DNA from: a bacterium
GTDB lineage: Bacteria; SZUA-182; DTGQ01; JAFGSM01
DNA length: 64,000 nt
Direction of reading: 5' to 3'
NCBI GenBank assembly: GCA_049472335.1
Contig: JBLIRO010000002.1
Span: forward strand, 64,001-128,000
Positions 10,588-22,744 of this stretch are shown here, piece after piece. The notes under the pieces were generated by a model. It did no database searches. It had not been told where the DNA came from and saw only the letters and a program-made list of their open reading frames with translations. Position 1 is the stretch's first letter. The number at the start of each line of letters is the position of its first letter. Made by a program: the position numbers and the translations under genes.

Positions 10588-11854
10588 TTTTTACCTCCTC
10601 CGGTCCGCCAATTCGACCCAGAATAGCGGATGCCGCCGCAATGGCAGGATTTGCAAGATAAACCTCGCTTTTTATATGTCCCATGCGGCCGACAAAATTT
10701 CTATTTGTTGTTGCAATAGCCCGTTCACCTTCAGCCAGAACCCCCATATGCCCTCCAAGGCAGGGCCCGCATGTGGGTGGAGATATTACAGCCCCTGAGT
10801 CTAAAAAAATGGTCAATAGCCCTTCTTCCAAAGCCTGTTTATAAATGCTTTGGGTTGCGGGGATGACTATTAGACGTACATCCGGATGGACCTTTTCCCC
10901 TTTCAGGACCTTCGCGGCAGTTCTCAGATCATTTATCCTCCCATTTGTGCAGGAGCCGATTACGGACTGATCAATCCTGATTGTGCCAACCTCGCTAATG
11001 GAGCGGATATTTGAAGGAAGATGAGGGAAAGCTACCTGAGGTTCCAGGTTGTCAACAGACCATTCAAATATCTTTTGATATGAGGCATCAACATCACCAT
11101 AAACAGGCTTAAACTCGCGTACAGCTCTGCTATTACAATAGTCCAGGGTTTTTTGGTCAGGCGCTATTATCCCATTTTTCGCACCCGCTTCAATAGCCAT
11201 GTTACATATCGTAAATCGGTCATCCATTGATAGTTCATCAATGGCGGGACCTGTGAATTCCATGCTCATATATCGGGCGCCTTCCACACCTATTTTGCCT
11301 ATTGTATATAGTATAAGATCTTTCCCGCTTACCCATGGTTTTAATCGGCCTTTATAAATAAATTTAAGCGCATGGGGAACCTTGAACCAGATTTCCCCTG
11401 TAATCATGGCGGCGGCAAAATCAGTGCTTCCAACTCCGGTGGCAAAGGCCCCAACCGCGCCGTAAGTGCAGGTGTGAGAATCTGCCCCGATAATAAGCTC
11501 TCCAGGCAAAATAAGACCCTGTTCAGGGATAAGGGCATGTTCAATCCCTGCCTGGCCTACCTCAAAATAGTATTTTAATCCCTGATCCCGGGAAAATTCC
11601 CGGATCTGCAGGGCAAGTTGAGCTGATTTTATATCCTTATTAGGTGTAGAGTGATCGGGTATAAGATAGACCCTTTCTTTGTCGAAGACCCTTTTCGCGC
11701 CAATCCTTTTAAATTCATTGATTGCCAATGGAGCTGTTATATCATTCCCAAGGCAACAGTCAACCTTGGCCTTGATGAATTCTCCGGGTCTTACAGATTC
11801 TTTTCCTGAATGTTGTGCCAAAATCTTTTGGCTGATATTCATAGGTTCGGACAT
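10568..11854 (-). CDS. leuC: 3-isopropylmalate dehydratase large subunit
   Basis: [33 protein letters not shown]; start placed at ATG 11854 (track start 11872). Confidence 0.93.
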   Translation of the reverse strand: MSEPMNISQKILAQHSGKESVRPGEFIKAKVDCCLGNDITAPLAINEFKRIGAKRVFDKERVYLIPDHSTPNKDIKSAQLALQIREFSRDQGLKYYFEVGQAGIEHALIPEQGLILPGELIIGADSHTCTYGAVGAFATGVGSTDFAAAMITGEIWFKVPHALKFIYKGRLKPWVSGKDLILYTIGKIGVEGARYMSMEFTGPAIDELSMDDRFTICNMAIEAGAKNGIIAPDQKTLDYCNSRAVREFKPVYGDVDASYQKIFEWSVDNLEPQVAFPHLPSNIRSISEVGTIRIDQSVIGSCTNGRINDLRTAAKVLKGEKVHPDVRLIVIPATQSIYKQALEEGLLTIFLDSGAVISPPTCGPCLGGHMGVLAEGERAIATTNRNFVGRMGHIKSEVYLANPAIAAASAILGRIGGPEEVKSGAIHQ

Positions 11855-11875
11855 TTTATTATGTTCCTTCAAGCA

Positions 11876-13420
11876 CTATAGGGATGGAGGTGGCCCCTGC
11901 CCCTTTTTTTCATTTCGATAGACGGCCTTATTGATTGCATTGAGATAGGCCTTTACGCTTGCAACTATAACATCAGTCGACACCCCCCGCCCTGTGAAAA
12001 CCTGCTCTCCTATATTTACTTTGATATTGACATCTCCTACGGCATCTTTACCTCCTGCTACCGCATTTATCGCATATGACATCAATATGCCGGGCATGTT
12101 CGTCAGGCGGTCTATAGTCTTGTATGCGGCATCCACAGGGCCATCACCGCAAGCTGAGTCTTGGAGTATTTCTCCGTTCCGTTTCAGCTTAATGGTTGCG
12201 GTTGGTATAGTACTATTTCCGCTTGAGATATGGATATAATCAAGTGCGAAAGCCTCCGGTATGGAATATATCTCATCCTCTACTATGGCCTGAAGCTCTT
12301 CATCGAAAATCTCTTTCTTCTTGTCTGCCAGTTCCTTGAATCTTTCAAATGCCTTATCCAGATCAATGGGGGACAATTCATAACCCAATTCAGCCAATCG
12401 GGCTGAAAAGGCATGTCTTCCGGAATGCTTACCCAAAACCATTCGGCTTTGTTTAAGGCCGATAGACTCTGGGGTCATTATCTCATAGGTGGTTTTTTCC
12501 TTAAGCACTCCGTCCTGATGGATTCCAGCCTCATGCGCAAAGGCGTTTTCGCCCACTATGGCTTTGTTCCTTTGCACCGATATTCCGGTGAGATGGCTGA
12601 CCATCCTGCTTGTCTTGTATATCTCTTCTGTACGGATATCCGTGTAATTACGAAAAAAATCCGGTCTTGTCCTTAAGGACATAACAATCTCTTCCATAGC
12701 TGCGTTTCCTGCCCTCTCTCCCAGGCCATTGACAGTGCATTCCACTTGCCTGACACCATTTTCAATGGCTGCCAGAGAATTTGCCACGGCCAGCCCCAGG
12801 TCATTATGACAATGGCAGCTCAGGACTGCTTTATGCATATTGGGGACCCTCTCACAAATAAGCTTGATTAGCGCCCCGAATTCCGGAGGAATGGCATACC
12901 CTACAGTATCAGGAATGTTGATTGTGGTAGCCCCTGACTTTATGGCCAGTTCTATGATTCGGCACAGAAAGTCCCGATCGGACCTGAATGCGTCCTCAGC
13001 CGAGAACTCTACATCCGGGCATAGGGATCTCGCGTAACTTACTGCTTCCTTTGCCATGGCAAGAATCTCGTCTCTATCCTTTTTAAGCTTATACTTCATG
13101 TGAATATCGGATGTGGCAATGAAAGTATGGATACGGGGCCGCTTTGAATACTTTACTGCCTCCCACGCACGATCAATATCACCCTTTGTGGTGCGTGCAA
13201 GTCCAGCTACTGCAGGTCCTTCGACCTCCTGAGCCACCCTTTTGACTGCTTCAAAGTCACCTTGAGAAGCTATAGGAAATCCGGCCTCTATAACGTCCAC
13301 ATTGAGTTTTGCCAGTTGTTTGGCAATCTGCAGCTTCTGAGTCATATTCAGGCTTGCTCCGGGAGACTGCTCTCCATCCCTAAGGGTTGTATCAAAGATG
13401 ATTATTCTATCCTTACTCAT
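11876..13420 (-). CDS. leuA: 2-isopropylmalate synthase
   Basis: [37 protein letters not shown]-terminal regulatory domain. Confidence 0.95.
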   Translation of the reverse strand: MSKDRIIIFDTTLRDGEQSPGASLNMTQKLQIAKQLAKLNVDVIEAGFPIASQGDFEAVKRVAQEVEGPAVAGLARTTKGDIDRAWEAVKYSKRPRIHTFIATSDIHMKYKLKKDRDEILAMAKEAVSYARSLCPDVEFSAEDAFRSDRDFLCRIIELAIKSGATTINIPDTVGYAIPPEFGALIKLICERVPNMHKAVLSCHCHNDLGLAVANSLAAIENGVRQVECTVNGLGERAGNAAMEEIVMSLRTRPDFFRNYTDIRTEEIYKTSRMVSHLTGISVQRNKAIVGENAFAHEAGIHQDGVLKEKTTYEIMTPESIGLKQSRMVLGKHSGRHAFSARLAELGYELSPIDLDKAFERFKELADKKKEIFDEELQAIVEDEIYSIPEAFALDYIHISSGNSTIPTATIKLKRNGEILQDSACGDGPVDAAYKTIDRLTNMPGILMSYAINAVAGGKDAVGDVNIKVNIGEQVFTGRGVSTDVIVASVKAYLNAINKAVYRNEKKGQGPPPSL

Positions 13421-14174
13421 CTTTTTCTCCTTTCAGAATCCTCGATCTATGTCTTTTTGCTATAGCATGAGGAGTCAGCACCCTCACATGTTTCAGGATC
13501 ATCTCCGCCGGTCCGGAAATAACATACCCCAAAAAGAGAATAAAACACATTACACGGGGTTCCGCTGCCACAATAAGCAGAATAAGCAAGATCATAACCA
13601 GGACATGAAAAGGCCTTTTCTCTCTGAGGTTCAATTGCTTAAGGCTTCGGTATCTGATAGTGCTTACCATTAAAAAAGCCATAGCATAGGCCAGGATAAC
13701 GATCAAAACCGGCTTTCTGACATCCGGCCCAAAGAGCAACTGATTCAAAATAATAAACGAGGAAACCGTTCCTGCCGCGGCTGGAATGGGCAAGCCTGTA
13801 AAACTTTTACTTTCGGATGTATTTACCTGACAGTTGAATCTTGCCAGTCTGAGTGCTCCGCAAACTACAAACAGAAAAGAGGCTAGCCAGCCGATTCGCC
13901 CAAAGGGCTTCAAGGCCCACATATAAATCAGGATCCCCGGTGCCAATCCAAAAGAGATCAGGTCGGCCAAAGAATCGAATTCAACACCGAATTTACTGCA
14001 TGTATTGGTCAATCTTGCCACCCTTCCGTCAAGGGCATCGAGGATGCCTGCCACCAGAATGGCAATTGCGGCAGCCTGGAAGTTATTATTCAACACGGAA
14101 ATTATGGCATAAAAGCCACAGAATATATTACCCATTGTAAAAAGACTGGGCAGTATATAAATCCCTCTTTTCAT
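13413..14174 (-). CDS. pssA: CDP-diacylglycerol-serine O-phosphatidyltransferase
   Basis: CDP-alcohol phosphotransferase motif DALDGRVAR...[17 protein letters not shown]; adjacent to psd. Confidence 0.92.
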   Translation of the reverse strand: MKRGIYILPSLFTMGNIFCGFYAIISVLNNNFQAAAIAILVAGILDALDGRVARLTNTCSKFGVEFDSLADLISFGLAPGILIYMWALKPFGRIGWLASFLFVVCGALRLARFNCQVNTSESKSFTGLPIPAAAGTVSSFIILNQLLFGPDVRKPVLIVILAYAMAFLMVSTIRYRSLKQLNLREKRPFHVLVMILLILLIVAAEPRVMCFILFLGYVISGPAEMILKHVRVLTPHAIAKRHRSRILKGEKDE

Positions 14175-14271
14175 GAGTTCCTCACCAAAAAATTTTGCCC
14201 TTTACAGGGATAATATGTAATAATCTTTAGTCGGATAATTCAAACAATATATTATGATTTTATCACAATGA

Positions 14272-14331
14272 ATCATAATCTTTTAGTTGTTAAAAAATGT
14301 ATAACTCTTTCCAACAACTAAAAGGTTACGA
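14272..14331. other. Inverted repeat in the psd-pssA gap
   Basis: CTTTTAGTTGTT (14280-14291) and AACAACTAAAAG (14313-14324) form a perfect 12-bp inverted repeat with imperfect extension. Confidence 0.5.
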
Positions 14332-14366
14332 TGAATTATATGGTAAAGGAAAGCAAAAAGCAATAA

Positions 14367-15008
14367 TTATAATCTGATTCGGGCGATCGAGCTCAATCCC
14401 GCTTTGACCTTTTGCCCCGGATGAACCAGAATTTCAATATTTGACGGAAGAACGATGTCTACACGGGAGCCAAACCGGATAAGGCCGAAGCGGTTCCCCT
14501 GGTCTACAAAATCTCCTGGTTTGGCCTGACAAACAATCCTGCGTGCAATCAAACCTGCAATCTGACGAATTCCGATTTCCATGCGATCGTTCTTAATATG
14601 GATAGTATTTTGCTCATTAAAATCGGAAGCCTTTTCCTTAAAGGCAGGGAGGAATTTGCCCGGATTGTATTCACATCTGGTAACCTGCCCGGAAATTGGT
14701 ATTCTGTTAATATGACAATTTAAAACCGACATAAAGACGCTGATTTGCTTAAGGGACGGCATACTTTCATCTTTCGCTGGTCTTGCATAGATATCCAAAA
14801 TTCGTCCATCGGCGGGAGACAGGATAAGGTCTTCATCCTTTATTATATTTCTCTCCGGGTCCCGGAAAAATATTGTTACACATATAGTCACCGTCATAAA
14901 AAACAGGGCTGTTTTTATGTACCCTATTGAGATGAATATAATAAAACACAACAGTCCCAGAGAGATGAAGGGCCATCCTTCACGGGCAACAGGTATACGG
15001 ATTTTCAT
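14367..15008 (-). CDS. psd: Phosphatidylserine decarboxylase proenzyme
   Basis: FFRDPER, SPADG, HINR.P, QIAGLIARRI, FGSRVD self-cleavage motif. Confidence 0.92.
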   Translation of the reverse strand: MKIRIPVAREGWPFISLGLLCFIIFISIGYIKTALFFMTVTICVTIFFRDPERNIIKDEDLILSPADGRILDIYARPAKDESMPSLKQISVFMSVLNCHINRIPISGQVTRCEYNPGKFLPAFKEKASDFNEQNTIHIKNDRMEIGIRQIAGLIARRIVCQAKPGDFVDQGNRFGLIRFGSRVDIVLPSNIEILVHPGQKVKAGLSSIARIRL

Positions 15009-15034
15009 TTTAAGGAATTTATGGAAATTTCTGG

Positions 15035-16027
15035 TTATTTCTTAAGCCAGCTCATCATGCTTCTGAGCTTCTTGCCAACTTGCTCAATGAGATGTTCCGA
15101 TTGTTGTTTACGCAGGGCGTTAAATACCGGCCTTCCCGCCTGGTTCTCAAGTATCCATTCACGCGCGAACTCTCCGCTTTGGATCTCGTCCAGGATATAT
15201 CTCATCTCTTCCCTTGTTTCTTCGGATATGATCCTTTTCCCGCGGGTCAGGTCTCCATATTCTGCCGTGTCGCTTATTGAATAGCGCATCCCGCTAATAC
15301 CATGTTCATAGATTAGATCCACGATCAGCTTCACTTCATGAAGGCATTCAAAGTAAGCCACTTCGGGTTGGTAACCTGCTTCCACAAGGGTTTCAAAACC
15401 GGCGCGGATCAATTCGGTCAGCCCTCCGCACAAGACAACCTGCTCACCGAAGAGATCTGTTTCTGTTTCCTCTGCGAATGTTGTCTCTAAAACACCCGCC
15501 CTGGTTGCACCTATTCCTTTGGCATGTGCCAAGGCCAAATCTTTCGCCTTCCCTGAATGATCTTGATAAACTGCGATGAGTGACGGAACGCCCTGTCCCT
15601 GCAAATAAATCCTCCGTACCAAATGACCGGGCCCCTTGGGAGCGACCATGTATACATCTATGTCTTCCGGCGGGATAATCTGGTTGAAATGGATATTGAA
15701 GCCGTGCGAGAAAACGATAGTATTGCCTGGTTTGACATGATCTTTGATCTGGGTTTCGTAAATCTTTGGCTGAAACTGGTCGGGAACGAGGATTTGGATG
15801 ATATCCGCCTGTTTCGCGGCTTCAGGAGTGCTTAAGATGTTCATTCCGTCCTTTTCCGCTTGTTTCCAGTTGCTGCTTCCGGGCAGATCGCTTACAATTA
15901 CATTCAATCCGCTATCCTTAAGATTTTGGGATTGCGCGTGCCCCTGGCTTCCGTAACCAATTATTGCTAAAGTCTTATCCTTTAAAATTCCCAGATCGGC
16001 ATCCTGATCATAATACATCTTTATCAT
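15035..16027 (-). CDS. ilvC: Ketol-acid reductoisomerase
   Basis: [32 protein letters not shown]. Confidence 0.96.
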   Translation of the reverse strand: MIKMYYDQDADLGILKDKTLAIIGYGSQGHAQSQNLKDSGLNVIVSDLPGSSNWKQAEKDGMNILSTPEAAKQADIIQILVPDQFQPKIYETQIKDHVKPGNTIVFSHGFNIHFNQIIPPEDIDVYMVAPKGPGHLVRRIYLQGQGVPSLIAVYQDHSGKAKDLALAHAKGIGATRAGVLETTFAEETETDLFGEQVVLCGGLTELIRAGFETLVEAGYQPEVAYFECLHEVKLIVDLIYEHGISGMRYSISDTAEYGDLTRGKRIISEETREEMRYILDEIQSGEFAREWILENQAGRPVFNALRKQQSEHLIEQVGKKLRSMMSWLKK

Positions 16028-16057
16028 TATTTTATCTCCTGCGGTTAGATTTTAATT

Positions 16058-16537
16058 CTATTTTTTGCCTCTTGTCAGGGCAACTTTGCCGGTTCTAGCT
16101 ATTTCTATAACGCCGAAAGGTTTAAGCAGATCAATCAATGCCAGTATTTTATCCTGGACCCCTGTTACTTCCAGTGTGAGCGTCTTCGGAGAGACATCTA
16201 CGATCTTTCCCCGGAATATATCACAAATCCTTAAGATTTCTGCCCTGTTATGAGACTCGGCAGAGACCTTAAGCAAGACCATTTCCCTTTCCACATACTC
16301 AACATCCGAAAGGTCACTAACCTTTATAACATCGATCAGCCTGCGGAGCTGCTTTATAACCTGTTCGACAATCTGGTCATCACCGGTTGTGACAAGTGTC
16401 ATTCTGGATATGGTCGGATCGATGGTTTCTCCCACGGAAAGGCTGTCAATATTAAAACCTCTCGCACTAAAAAGACCTGCGATCCTTGCCAGCACTCCGA
16501 ACTTATTTTCAACTAATACACTGATAGTATGGCGCAA
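16058..16537 (-). CDS. ilvN: Acetolactate synthase small subunit (copy 1)
   Basis: ACT domain [31 protein letters not shown]. Confidence 0.93.
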   Translation of the reverse strand: MRHTISVLVENKFGVLARIAGLFSARGFNIDSLSVGETIDPTISRMTLVTTGDDQIVEQVIKQLRRLIDVIKVSDLSDVEYVEREMVLLKVSAESHNRAEILRICDIFRGKIVDVSPKTLTLEVTGVQDKILALIDLLKPFGVIEIARTGKVALTRGKK

Positions 16538-16550
16538 TCTCTCGACCTCC

Positions 16551-17033
16551 TCAGCTTAAGCTTCTTAATTCCAGAGCGATCAGACCGGTCCTGGCCATTT
16601 CATCGATACCATAAGGATTCAGCAGGTTGACAATATTATTAATAACCCGCTCTTCTCCGGAAATTTCTATCGTGATGGTTTCTTCGGACATATCCACAAC
16701 CTTGGCACCAAAGACTTCGGCTATCTCGATGATCTCATGCCGTGATTGAGGGGTCGACATCACTGTAATAATAGCCAGTTCCCTGCTAACAGCCCTGTCA
16801 AACTTTAGATCGGAAACACTTATGACATCGACCAGCTTTTTAAGCTGTTTGCTTACCTGTTCAAGGACCCGTTCATCTCCTGAAACCACAATAGTGATCC
16901 TTGATATATTGGGATCTTCCGTTTCTCCGGCCACAAGGCTTTCAATGTTATAAGAACGCCTTGTAAACAGACCTGCCACATGGGAGAGAACACCCGCATG
17001 GTTTCTTACTAATACTGACAGGATATGCCTCAT
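16551..17033 (-). CDS. ilvN: Acetolactate synthase small subunit (copy 2)
   Basis: [35 protein letters not shown] overlap with the upstream ilvB. Confidence 0.92.
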   Translation of the reverse strand: MRHILSVLVRNHAGVLSHVAGLFTRRSYNIESLVAGETEDPNISRITIVVSGDERVLEQVSKQLKKLVDVISVSDLKFDRAVSRELAIITVMSTPQSRHEIIEIAEVFGAKVVDMSEETITIEISGEERVINNIVNLLNPYGIDEMARTGLIALELRSLS

Positions 17034-18712
17034 CTTTGACTTTCCTTATCAAGCATTTGATTGATGGCGCCGCCCGGGGGCACCATTGGAAAAACATTTT
17101 CCTCGGGCGATACGTGGAAATCTATGACTACGGGTTTTTCAATCTTTATTGCTTCTTCTATGGCGGGTCTTACATCTTCCGGTTTTGTTACCAGTATCCC
17201 TTCTGCTTTATATCCCTTGGCAATAGCAGCAAAATCGGGGCAATCCCTGAGACATGTATGAGAATATCGACGATCGAAAAAGATTTCCTGCCATTGCCTA
17301 ACCATACCTAAAAAGCCATTATTCAATATTGCTATCTTTACATTTATTTTATTTTGGACAGCGGTGGCCAATTCCTGTATTGTCATCTGGAAGCTGCCGT
17401 CTCCCGCTATATCGAATACCACCCGGTCCGGGCATCCGACCTTTGCCCCTATGGAAGCAGGAAAACCGAACCCCATGGTGCCAAGACCGCCTGAGGTGAT
17501 AAAGGATCTTGGTATGGTAGTCTTGTAATACTGGGCCGCCCACATCTGATTTTGCCCCACTTCCGTTGTAATGATGGCTTCACCTTTGGTTGCTTCATAT
17601 ATCTGTTCAACCACATATTGTGGCTTTATCTCTGTCTCGGATTTGTCGTAGCTCAATGGATACTTATTCTTCCATTCATTTATTTGGGCCAGCCATTCAG
17701 GATGCTCCTTATGTTCGGCTATCTTGCACAAGGTGGAAAGCACCTCATTCGCGTCACCCACTATAGGTATATTTACTTTAATGATTTTGCTGATCTCTGC
17801 GGCATCTATATCAATATGTATGATTCGTGCATGCGGGGCAAATCTTTTGACATCTCCGGTCACCCGGTCGTCAAATCTCGCTCCCACTGCAATCAGAAGA
17901 TCCGATTCCGTGACTGCATAATTGGCATATCGCGTGCCGTGCATTCCCAGCATGCCAAGCGAAAGGTTATGGGTTTCCGGAAAAGCGCCTTTTCCCATAA
18001 GAGTTGTAGTAACGGGAATAGATGCCTTTTCAGCCAGTTCTTTCAATGGAGCCTCCGCGCCTGAAATGATTCCTCCTCCTCCCACATAAAGAACCGGGCG
18101 CTTTGCATTATTTATGGCATCAGCTGCAAGCTTAAACTGTTTCAGGTTTTCTTCCGGATTGGGGGCAGGATTTGAAAAAAACTCCACTTTCCTGCTTTCG
18201 TAATTTTCGGTTTCCTTGACCTGGACATCCTTGGGAAGATCCACCAGGATCGGACCAGGCCGTCCTGTGCCTGCCAGATAAAATGCTTCATCCAGAACCG
18301 ATCTTAAATCATTCACATTTTTCACTAGGTAATTATATTTTGTAATGGGTATGGTGATTCCATAGATATCCGCTTCCTGAAAACTGTCATTTCCGATCAT
18401 AGGGGTAGGCACCTGTCCTGTAAAGGCCACAAGCGGAACAGAATCCATGAATGCGTTCGCAAGCCCTGTTACCAGATTGGTTGCCCCTGGTCCTGATGTG
18501 GCAATGCAGACACCTGTCTTTCCCGTTGCCCTCGCATATGCGTCTGCCGCATGAACGGCACCCTGTTCATGTCTTGTCAGTATATGACGGATAGAGGATT
18601 GATAAAGCTCATCATAAATGGGAAGAACAGCACCACCCGGAAAACCGAAGATGGTTTCCATTCCGTGTTCGATTAAGGTATCCACAAAGATTTTGGCGCC
18701 ACTCTTTTTCAC
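17030..18712 (-). CDS. ilvB: Acetolactate synthase large subunit (copy 2)
   Basis: [24 protein letters not shown] motif GDGSFQM..NN. Confidence 0.95.
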   Translation of the reverse strand: MKKSGAKIFVDTLIEHGMETIFGFPGGAVLPIYDELYQSSIRHILTRHEQGAVHAADAYARATGKTGVCIATSGPGATNLVTGLANAFMDSVPLVAFTGQVPTPMIGNDSFQEADIYGITIPITKYNYLVKNVNDLRSVLDEAFYLAGTGRPGPILVDLPKDVQVKETENYESRKVEFFSNPAPNPEENLKQFKLAADAINNAKRPVLYVGGGGIISGAEAPLKELAEKASIPVTTTLMGKGAFPETHNLSLGMLGMHGTRYANYAVTESDLLIAVGARFDDRVTGDVKRFAPHARIIHIDIDAAEISKIIKVNIPIVGDANEVLSTLCKIAEHKEHPEWLAQINEWKNKYPLSYDKSETEIKPQYVVEQIYEATKGEAIITTEVGQNQMWAAQYYKTTIPRSFITSGGLGTMGFGFPASIGAKVGCPDRVVFDIAGDGSFQMTIQELATAVQNKINVKIAILNNGFLGMVRQWQEIFFDRRYSHTCLRDCPDFAAIAKGYKAEGILVTKPEDVRPAIEEAIKIEKPVVIDFHVSPEENVFPMVPPGGAINQMLDKESQR

Positions 18713-20376
18713 GGCAGGATCATCTCCTCGATTCCGGCCCCAGCCGGTACCATTGGAAAAACATTCTCTTCTCTGGCAACGTGTACATCGACCAAAACCG
18801 GTTTGTTGATTGAGAAGGCCTCTTCAAGAACTGGACGTAACTCATCAGGCCTTTTGGCCCTGAGTCCGACCGCTCCGTAAGCTTCAGCCAGTTTAACAAA
18901 ATCGGGCGAACAATCCAAACATGTCCCGGAATATCTCTTTTTCATGAATAAATCCTGCCATTGTCGAACCATACCCAGGAACTGGTTGTTCAATATAACC
19001 ACATTGACAGGTAGGTTGTATTGAACTGCCGTTGCCAGTTCCTGCGAGACCATCTGGAAGCTCCCGTCCCCTGCCACATCGATAACCAGAGATTCGGGTT
19101 TTGCCGCTTGGGCGCCAATAGCCGCAGGAAAGCCATATCCCATTGTGCCCAATCCCCCAGAGGTTAGAAGTGTTCTGGGTTTGTTGAATTTATAATAATG
19201 GGCAACCCACATCTGATGCTGTCCTACTTCCGTAGCTATAATTGCATCTCTGTCCTTGGTTAGGTCGTATATCTCTTCTACCACGCACTGAGGCTTTATA
19301 ACCTCATCCGAACATTCATACCCGAGCGGAAACTCTTTTTTCCAGCCATTTATCCTGTCAAGCCAGTTTGAACGGTCAACAGTCTCTATCTCCTTTACAA
19401 GAGATGCCAGAATTGCCTTGGCATCACCCACAATCGGCACCTGCACCCTTATATTTTTACTGATTGCGGTGGGATCTATGTCTATATGGATATATGTGGC
19501 CCCCGGAGCAAATTTGTCCAGCCTTCCGGTGACCCGATCATCGAATCTGGCTCCTACCGCAACGAGAAGGTCGCACTCGGTTACTGCCAGATTCGCATAT
19601 TTGGTTCCATGCATTCCCATCATGCCCAGAAAGTAAGGACTCTGGGCGCTTATCCCTCCTAAACCGAGGAGTGTTGATGCCACAGGGATGTGACCCTTTT
19701 CCGCCAGGTTTGTCAATTCCTGTGACGCATCCGAGATTATAACACCTCCACCCGCATATATAACCGGCCTTTTAGACTGATTTATCAACTTGGCAGCCAT
19801 GCTGATCTGTTTGGGATGTCCATGATAAGTGGGCTTATACCCCCTGATTTGTACCTCTTTCGGGTAATTAAAATTACATTTATCCAGAAGAACGTCTTTG
19901 GGCAGATCCACAAGAACAGGCCCCGGACGGCCGGTTGTAGCTATATGAAAGGCCTCCTTGATCGTCCTGGCTAAGTCCTTAACATTGTTCACCAGATAAT
20001 TATGCTTTGTAATTGATCGGGTAATGCCGACAATATCCGCCTCCTGGAAGGCGTCATTTCCGATCATGCTTGTTGGAACCTGGCCCGTAAAGGCAATCAC
20101 TGGAATTGAATCCATAAATGCCGTTGCAAGGCCTGTTACGATATTTGTGGCGCCAGGACCCGAAGTAGTCAGACATATACCCGGCTTTCCGCTTGCGCGC
20201 GCGTATCCGTCAGCCGCATGAACGGCTCCTTGCTCATGCCTTACAAGTATATCCTTGATTGGGCTATCTAACAGCAAGTCATAGATCCCCAAAATGGTTG
20301 CACCAGGGAATCCGAAGATGTGTTTTACGCCTTCCTTCTGAAGACTTTCCAGGAAAATCTGGGAGCCTGTCATCAT
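18709..20376 (-). CDS. ilvB: Acetolactate synthase large subunit (copy 1)
   Basis: [36 protein letters not shown]. Confidence 0.95.
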   Translation of the reverse strand: MMTGSQIFLESLQKEGVKHIFGFPGATILGIYDLLLDSPIKDILVRHEQGAVHAADGYARASGKPGICLTTSGPGATNIVTGLATAFMDSIPVIAFTGQVPTSMIGNDAFQEADIVGITRSITKHNYLVNNVKDLARTIKEAFHIATTGRPGPVLVDLPKDVLLDKCNFNYPKEVQIRGYKPTYHGHPKQISMAAKLINQSKRPVIYAGGGVIISDASQELTNLAEKGHIPVASTLLGLGGISAQSPYFLGMMGMHGTKYANLAVTECDLLVAVGARFDDRVTGRLDKFAPGATYIHIDIDPTAISKNIRVQVPIVGDAKAILASLVKEIETVDRSNWLDRINGWKKEFPLGYECSDEVIKPQCVVEEIYDLTKDRDAIIATEVGQHQMWVAHYYKFNKPRTLLTSGGLGTMGYGFPAAIGAQAAKPESLVIDVAGDGSFQMVSQELATAVQYNLPVNVVILNNQFLGMVRQWQDLFMKKRYSGTCLDCSPDFVKLAEAYGAVGLRAKRPDELRPVLEEAFSINKPVLVDVHVAREENVFPMVPAGAGIEEMILP

Positions 20377-20539
20377 TGTTTTATTCCTTTTTAAGGATTA
20401 TAAGGATTAAAGTAATTATAGGCAGGACTGCAAAAAAGCAACCCACATGATATTCAATGATAATAAAATTATTTCAAATAATCAAATTTTTAAAAAAAGT
20501 TATCAAAAAGTGCCTAAAGTGTCAAGTGCCTAAAGTTGT

Positions 20540-22204
20540 TTAGCGTTGGAAAATGGCTCCTGTGCTTGCCGATGTTACGAGCCTGCTGTATCGTGCCAGA
20601 TAACCTGACTTTATCTTTGGGGATGGCGCCTTCCATCCTTCTTTCCGTTGGTCCATTTCCTCATTGGATATAAGAAAATCCAGCTTTCTGCCTGGTATAT
20701 CGATTCGAATAGGATCTCCGTTCCGGACAAGGGCAATGGGACCTCCCTCCATTGCCTCAGGGGAAACATGACCTATACACGGCCCCCTAGTGCCTCCTGA
20801 GAAACGACCATCTGTAATCAGGGCAACAGAATCCGCCAATCCCATACCCTGAATGGCCGCAGTCGGGGAAAGCATCTCTCTCATGCCCGGGCCTCCTTTT
20901 GGCCCTTCATATCTTATGATAACTACTTCCCCGGGTTGAATATTACCACCCATAATGGCCTTCATGGCTTCTTCTTCGGCATCGAAACAGCGGGCCCTTC
21001 CTTCAAAGACCATCATGTCCGGTTTGACTGCAGATTGTTTTACAATAGATCCCTCCGGCGCAAGATTCCCTTTGAGAACCGCCATTCCGCCCTCGACATG
21101 ATAGGCCCTGTTTAGTGGTCTGATAATATCTTCATCAAATATCTGGGCCTGTTCAGCGATCTGATGAGTAGTAAGGCCGGTGACAGTCTGAGTATCATGA
21201 AGTTTTTCCTTGATTCTTTTTTGAACTGCCGGAATCCCTCCTGCGGCATCCAGATCTTCCATAAAATAGTCACCCCCCGGACGAAGGTTGGTTATATGAG
21301 GAGTGTCGTGGCTTATGGAATCGAATAAATCCAGTGTAATCTCTACTCCTGCCTCTGCTGCAATAGCAGGCAAATGAAGGGCGGTATTTGTTGACCCGCC
21401 TAATGTCATATCCATCCGGACGGCATTCTCGAATGCCTCTCTTGTGAGAAATTTCCTGGCATTTGCATCTAGTTTTACAAGTTCTATGATCCTTTTTCCG
21501 CTTTCAAACGCAATACGTTTTTTTTGGGCTGATACTGCTAATGCTGTTGCAGATCCGGCAAGGGACATACCTAATGCCTCTGTCATACAGGCCATGGTGT
21601 TTGCGGTATAAAGCCCCTGACAAGAACCCGGACCCGGGCAGGCGCAACTCTCGAGGTCGGACAACTCCTGCTCCGATATCTCTCCCTTTTTGAAGCGGCC
21701 TACTGCCTCAAAGGTGTCTCTGACAAGGGAGAGTTTCCTCATCTTGTATCTTCCGGAAATCATAGGCCCTGCCGTGACCACAATGACCGGCAGATCCAGC
21801 CTGGCAGCGGCCATAAGCATTCCGGGCGTGATCTTGTCACAGTTTGTTAGCAGGACAATCCCGTCAAGGGAATGGGCCATGATAACACTTTCGATCATAT
21901 CGGCTATTAATTCCCTGGAAGGGAGGGAATAGTTCATGCCGTTGTGTCCCATTGCTATGCCATCGCAGATCCCAGGTACGCTGGTGAGGAAGCAGTAGCC
22001 CCCGCCGGAATGAATTCCCTTTTCAATAAATCGCTCCAGGTCTCTCATGCCCACGTGACCGGGGATAAGGTCGGTAAAAGAGGATACAAGGCCTATCAAT
22101 GGAGTTTCCAGAGCGGAACGTGGGAAACCCGTGGCATATAAAAGGGCCCTGTGAGGAGCACGCTCGACGCCTGAAAGGATGTTTTGACTTTTTAATCTTT
22201 TCAT
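20540..22204 (-). CDS. ilvD: Dihydroxy-acid dehydratase
   Basis: [39 protein letters not shown]. Confidence 0.96.
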   Translation of the reverse strand: MKRLKSQNILSGVERAPHRALLYATGFPRSALETPLIGLVSSFTDLIPGHVGMRDLERFIEKGIHSGGGYCFLTSVPGICDGIAMGHNGMNYSLPSRELIADMIESVIMAHSLDGIVLLTNCDKITPGMLMAAARLDLPVIVVTAGPMISGRYKMRKLSLVRDTFEAVGRFKKGEISEQELSDLESCACPGPGSCQGLYTANTMACMTEALGMSLAGSATALAVSAQKKRIAFESGKRIIELVKLDANARKFLTREAFENAVRMDMTLGGSTNTALHLPAIAAEAGVEITLDLFDSISHDTPHITNLRPGGDYFMEDLDAAGGIPAVQKRIKEKLHDTQTVTGLTTHQIAEQAQIFDEDIIRPLNRAYHVEGGMAVLKGNLAPEGSIVKQSAVKPDMMVFEGRARCFDAEEEAMKAIMGGNIQPGEVVIIRYEGPKGGPGMREMLSPTAAIQGMGLADSVALITDGRFSGGTRGPCIGHVSPEAMEGGPIALVRNGDPIRIDIPGRKLDFLISNEEMDQRKEGWKAPSPKIKSGYLARYSRLVTSASTGAIFQR

Positions 22205-22239
22205 TAAATCAACTCCTGTTAAAAATTTTATGGGAGGGG

Positions 22240-22479
22240 TTAATCTCCGTTTTTGTTGTTTATTGTTAGAAAACCATGAATAATTTCTGCCATTTTATCC
22301 TTTGCGCGAAGCTTCTGTTTTTTTATTTCCTGTTTCAACATTTCCTGAGCAGGGGTTAAATAAATATGTTTCATAAGCTCATCCAGCTTTGCCTCATATT
22401 CCTTGTGCTTTTCTTCAAGTTTTCTGAATTCTCTGTTTTGCTGGCGAATTGAATCAATCAGATTTGATCTTTCAGGCAT
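22240..22479 (-). CDS. DUF465/YdcH-like small coiled-coil protein
   Basis: [12 protein letters not shown]...LTP...IKKQKL.AKD pattern; GGAG RBS. Confidence 0.75.
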   Translation of the reverse strand: MPERSNLIDSIRQQNREFRKLEEKHKEYEAKLDELMKHIYLTPAQEMLKQEIKKQKLRAKDKMAEIIHGFLTINNKNGD

Positions 22480-22744
22480 CTTTTTAAAATCTCCCTGTCC
22501 TCCTGTTTCTTAAGTTTATGTTCCGTTGCCAAAGTACGGTTTTGATTCCTGTTATCCTTCGAAATTGTTCGCGGAAAAAGACAGAAAAATATCTGGCTTG
22601 AATATCTTCGGCTTCTTTTTCCAGTATGAAACAATACCCTGGATCATTGGAACGGCTTATACTCAAAAATAAAAAATTTTCTTTCAAATTCATTTATGAT
22701 AAAACAAAAAAACAACAAGTTAAATTAAGATAGGAGAGGATTTA

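Noticed and set aside
20377..20539. ilv attenuator leader peptide; AAGTGCCTAAAGT direct repeat (20508-20536)
   Set aside because: No Leu/Ile/Val-rich short ORF with a terminator; the two-copy repeat is too short to interpret.
22484..22693. 69-aa ORF upstream of the DUF465-like gene
   Set aside because: No RBS or recognisable features; probably promoter/leader sequence.
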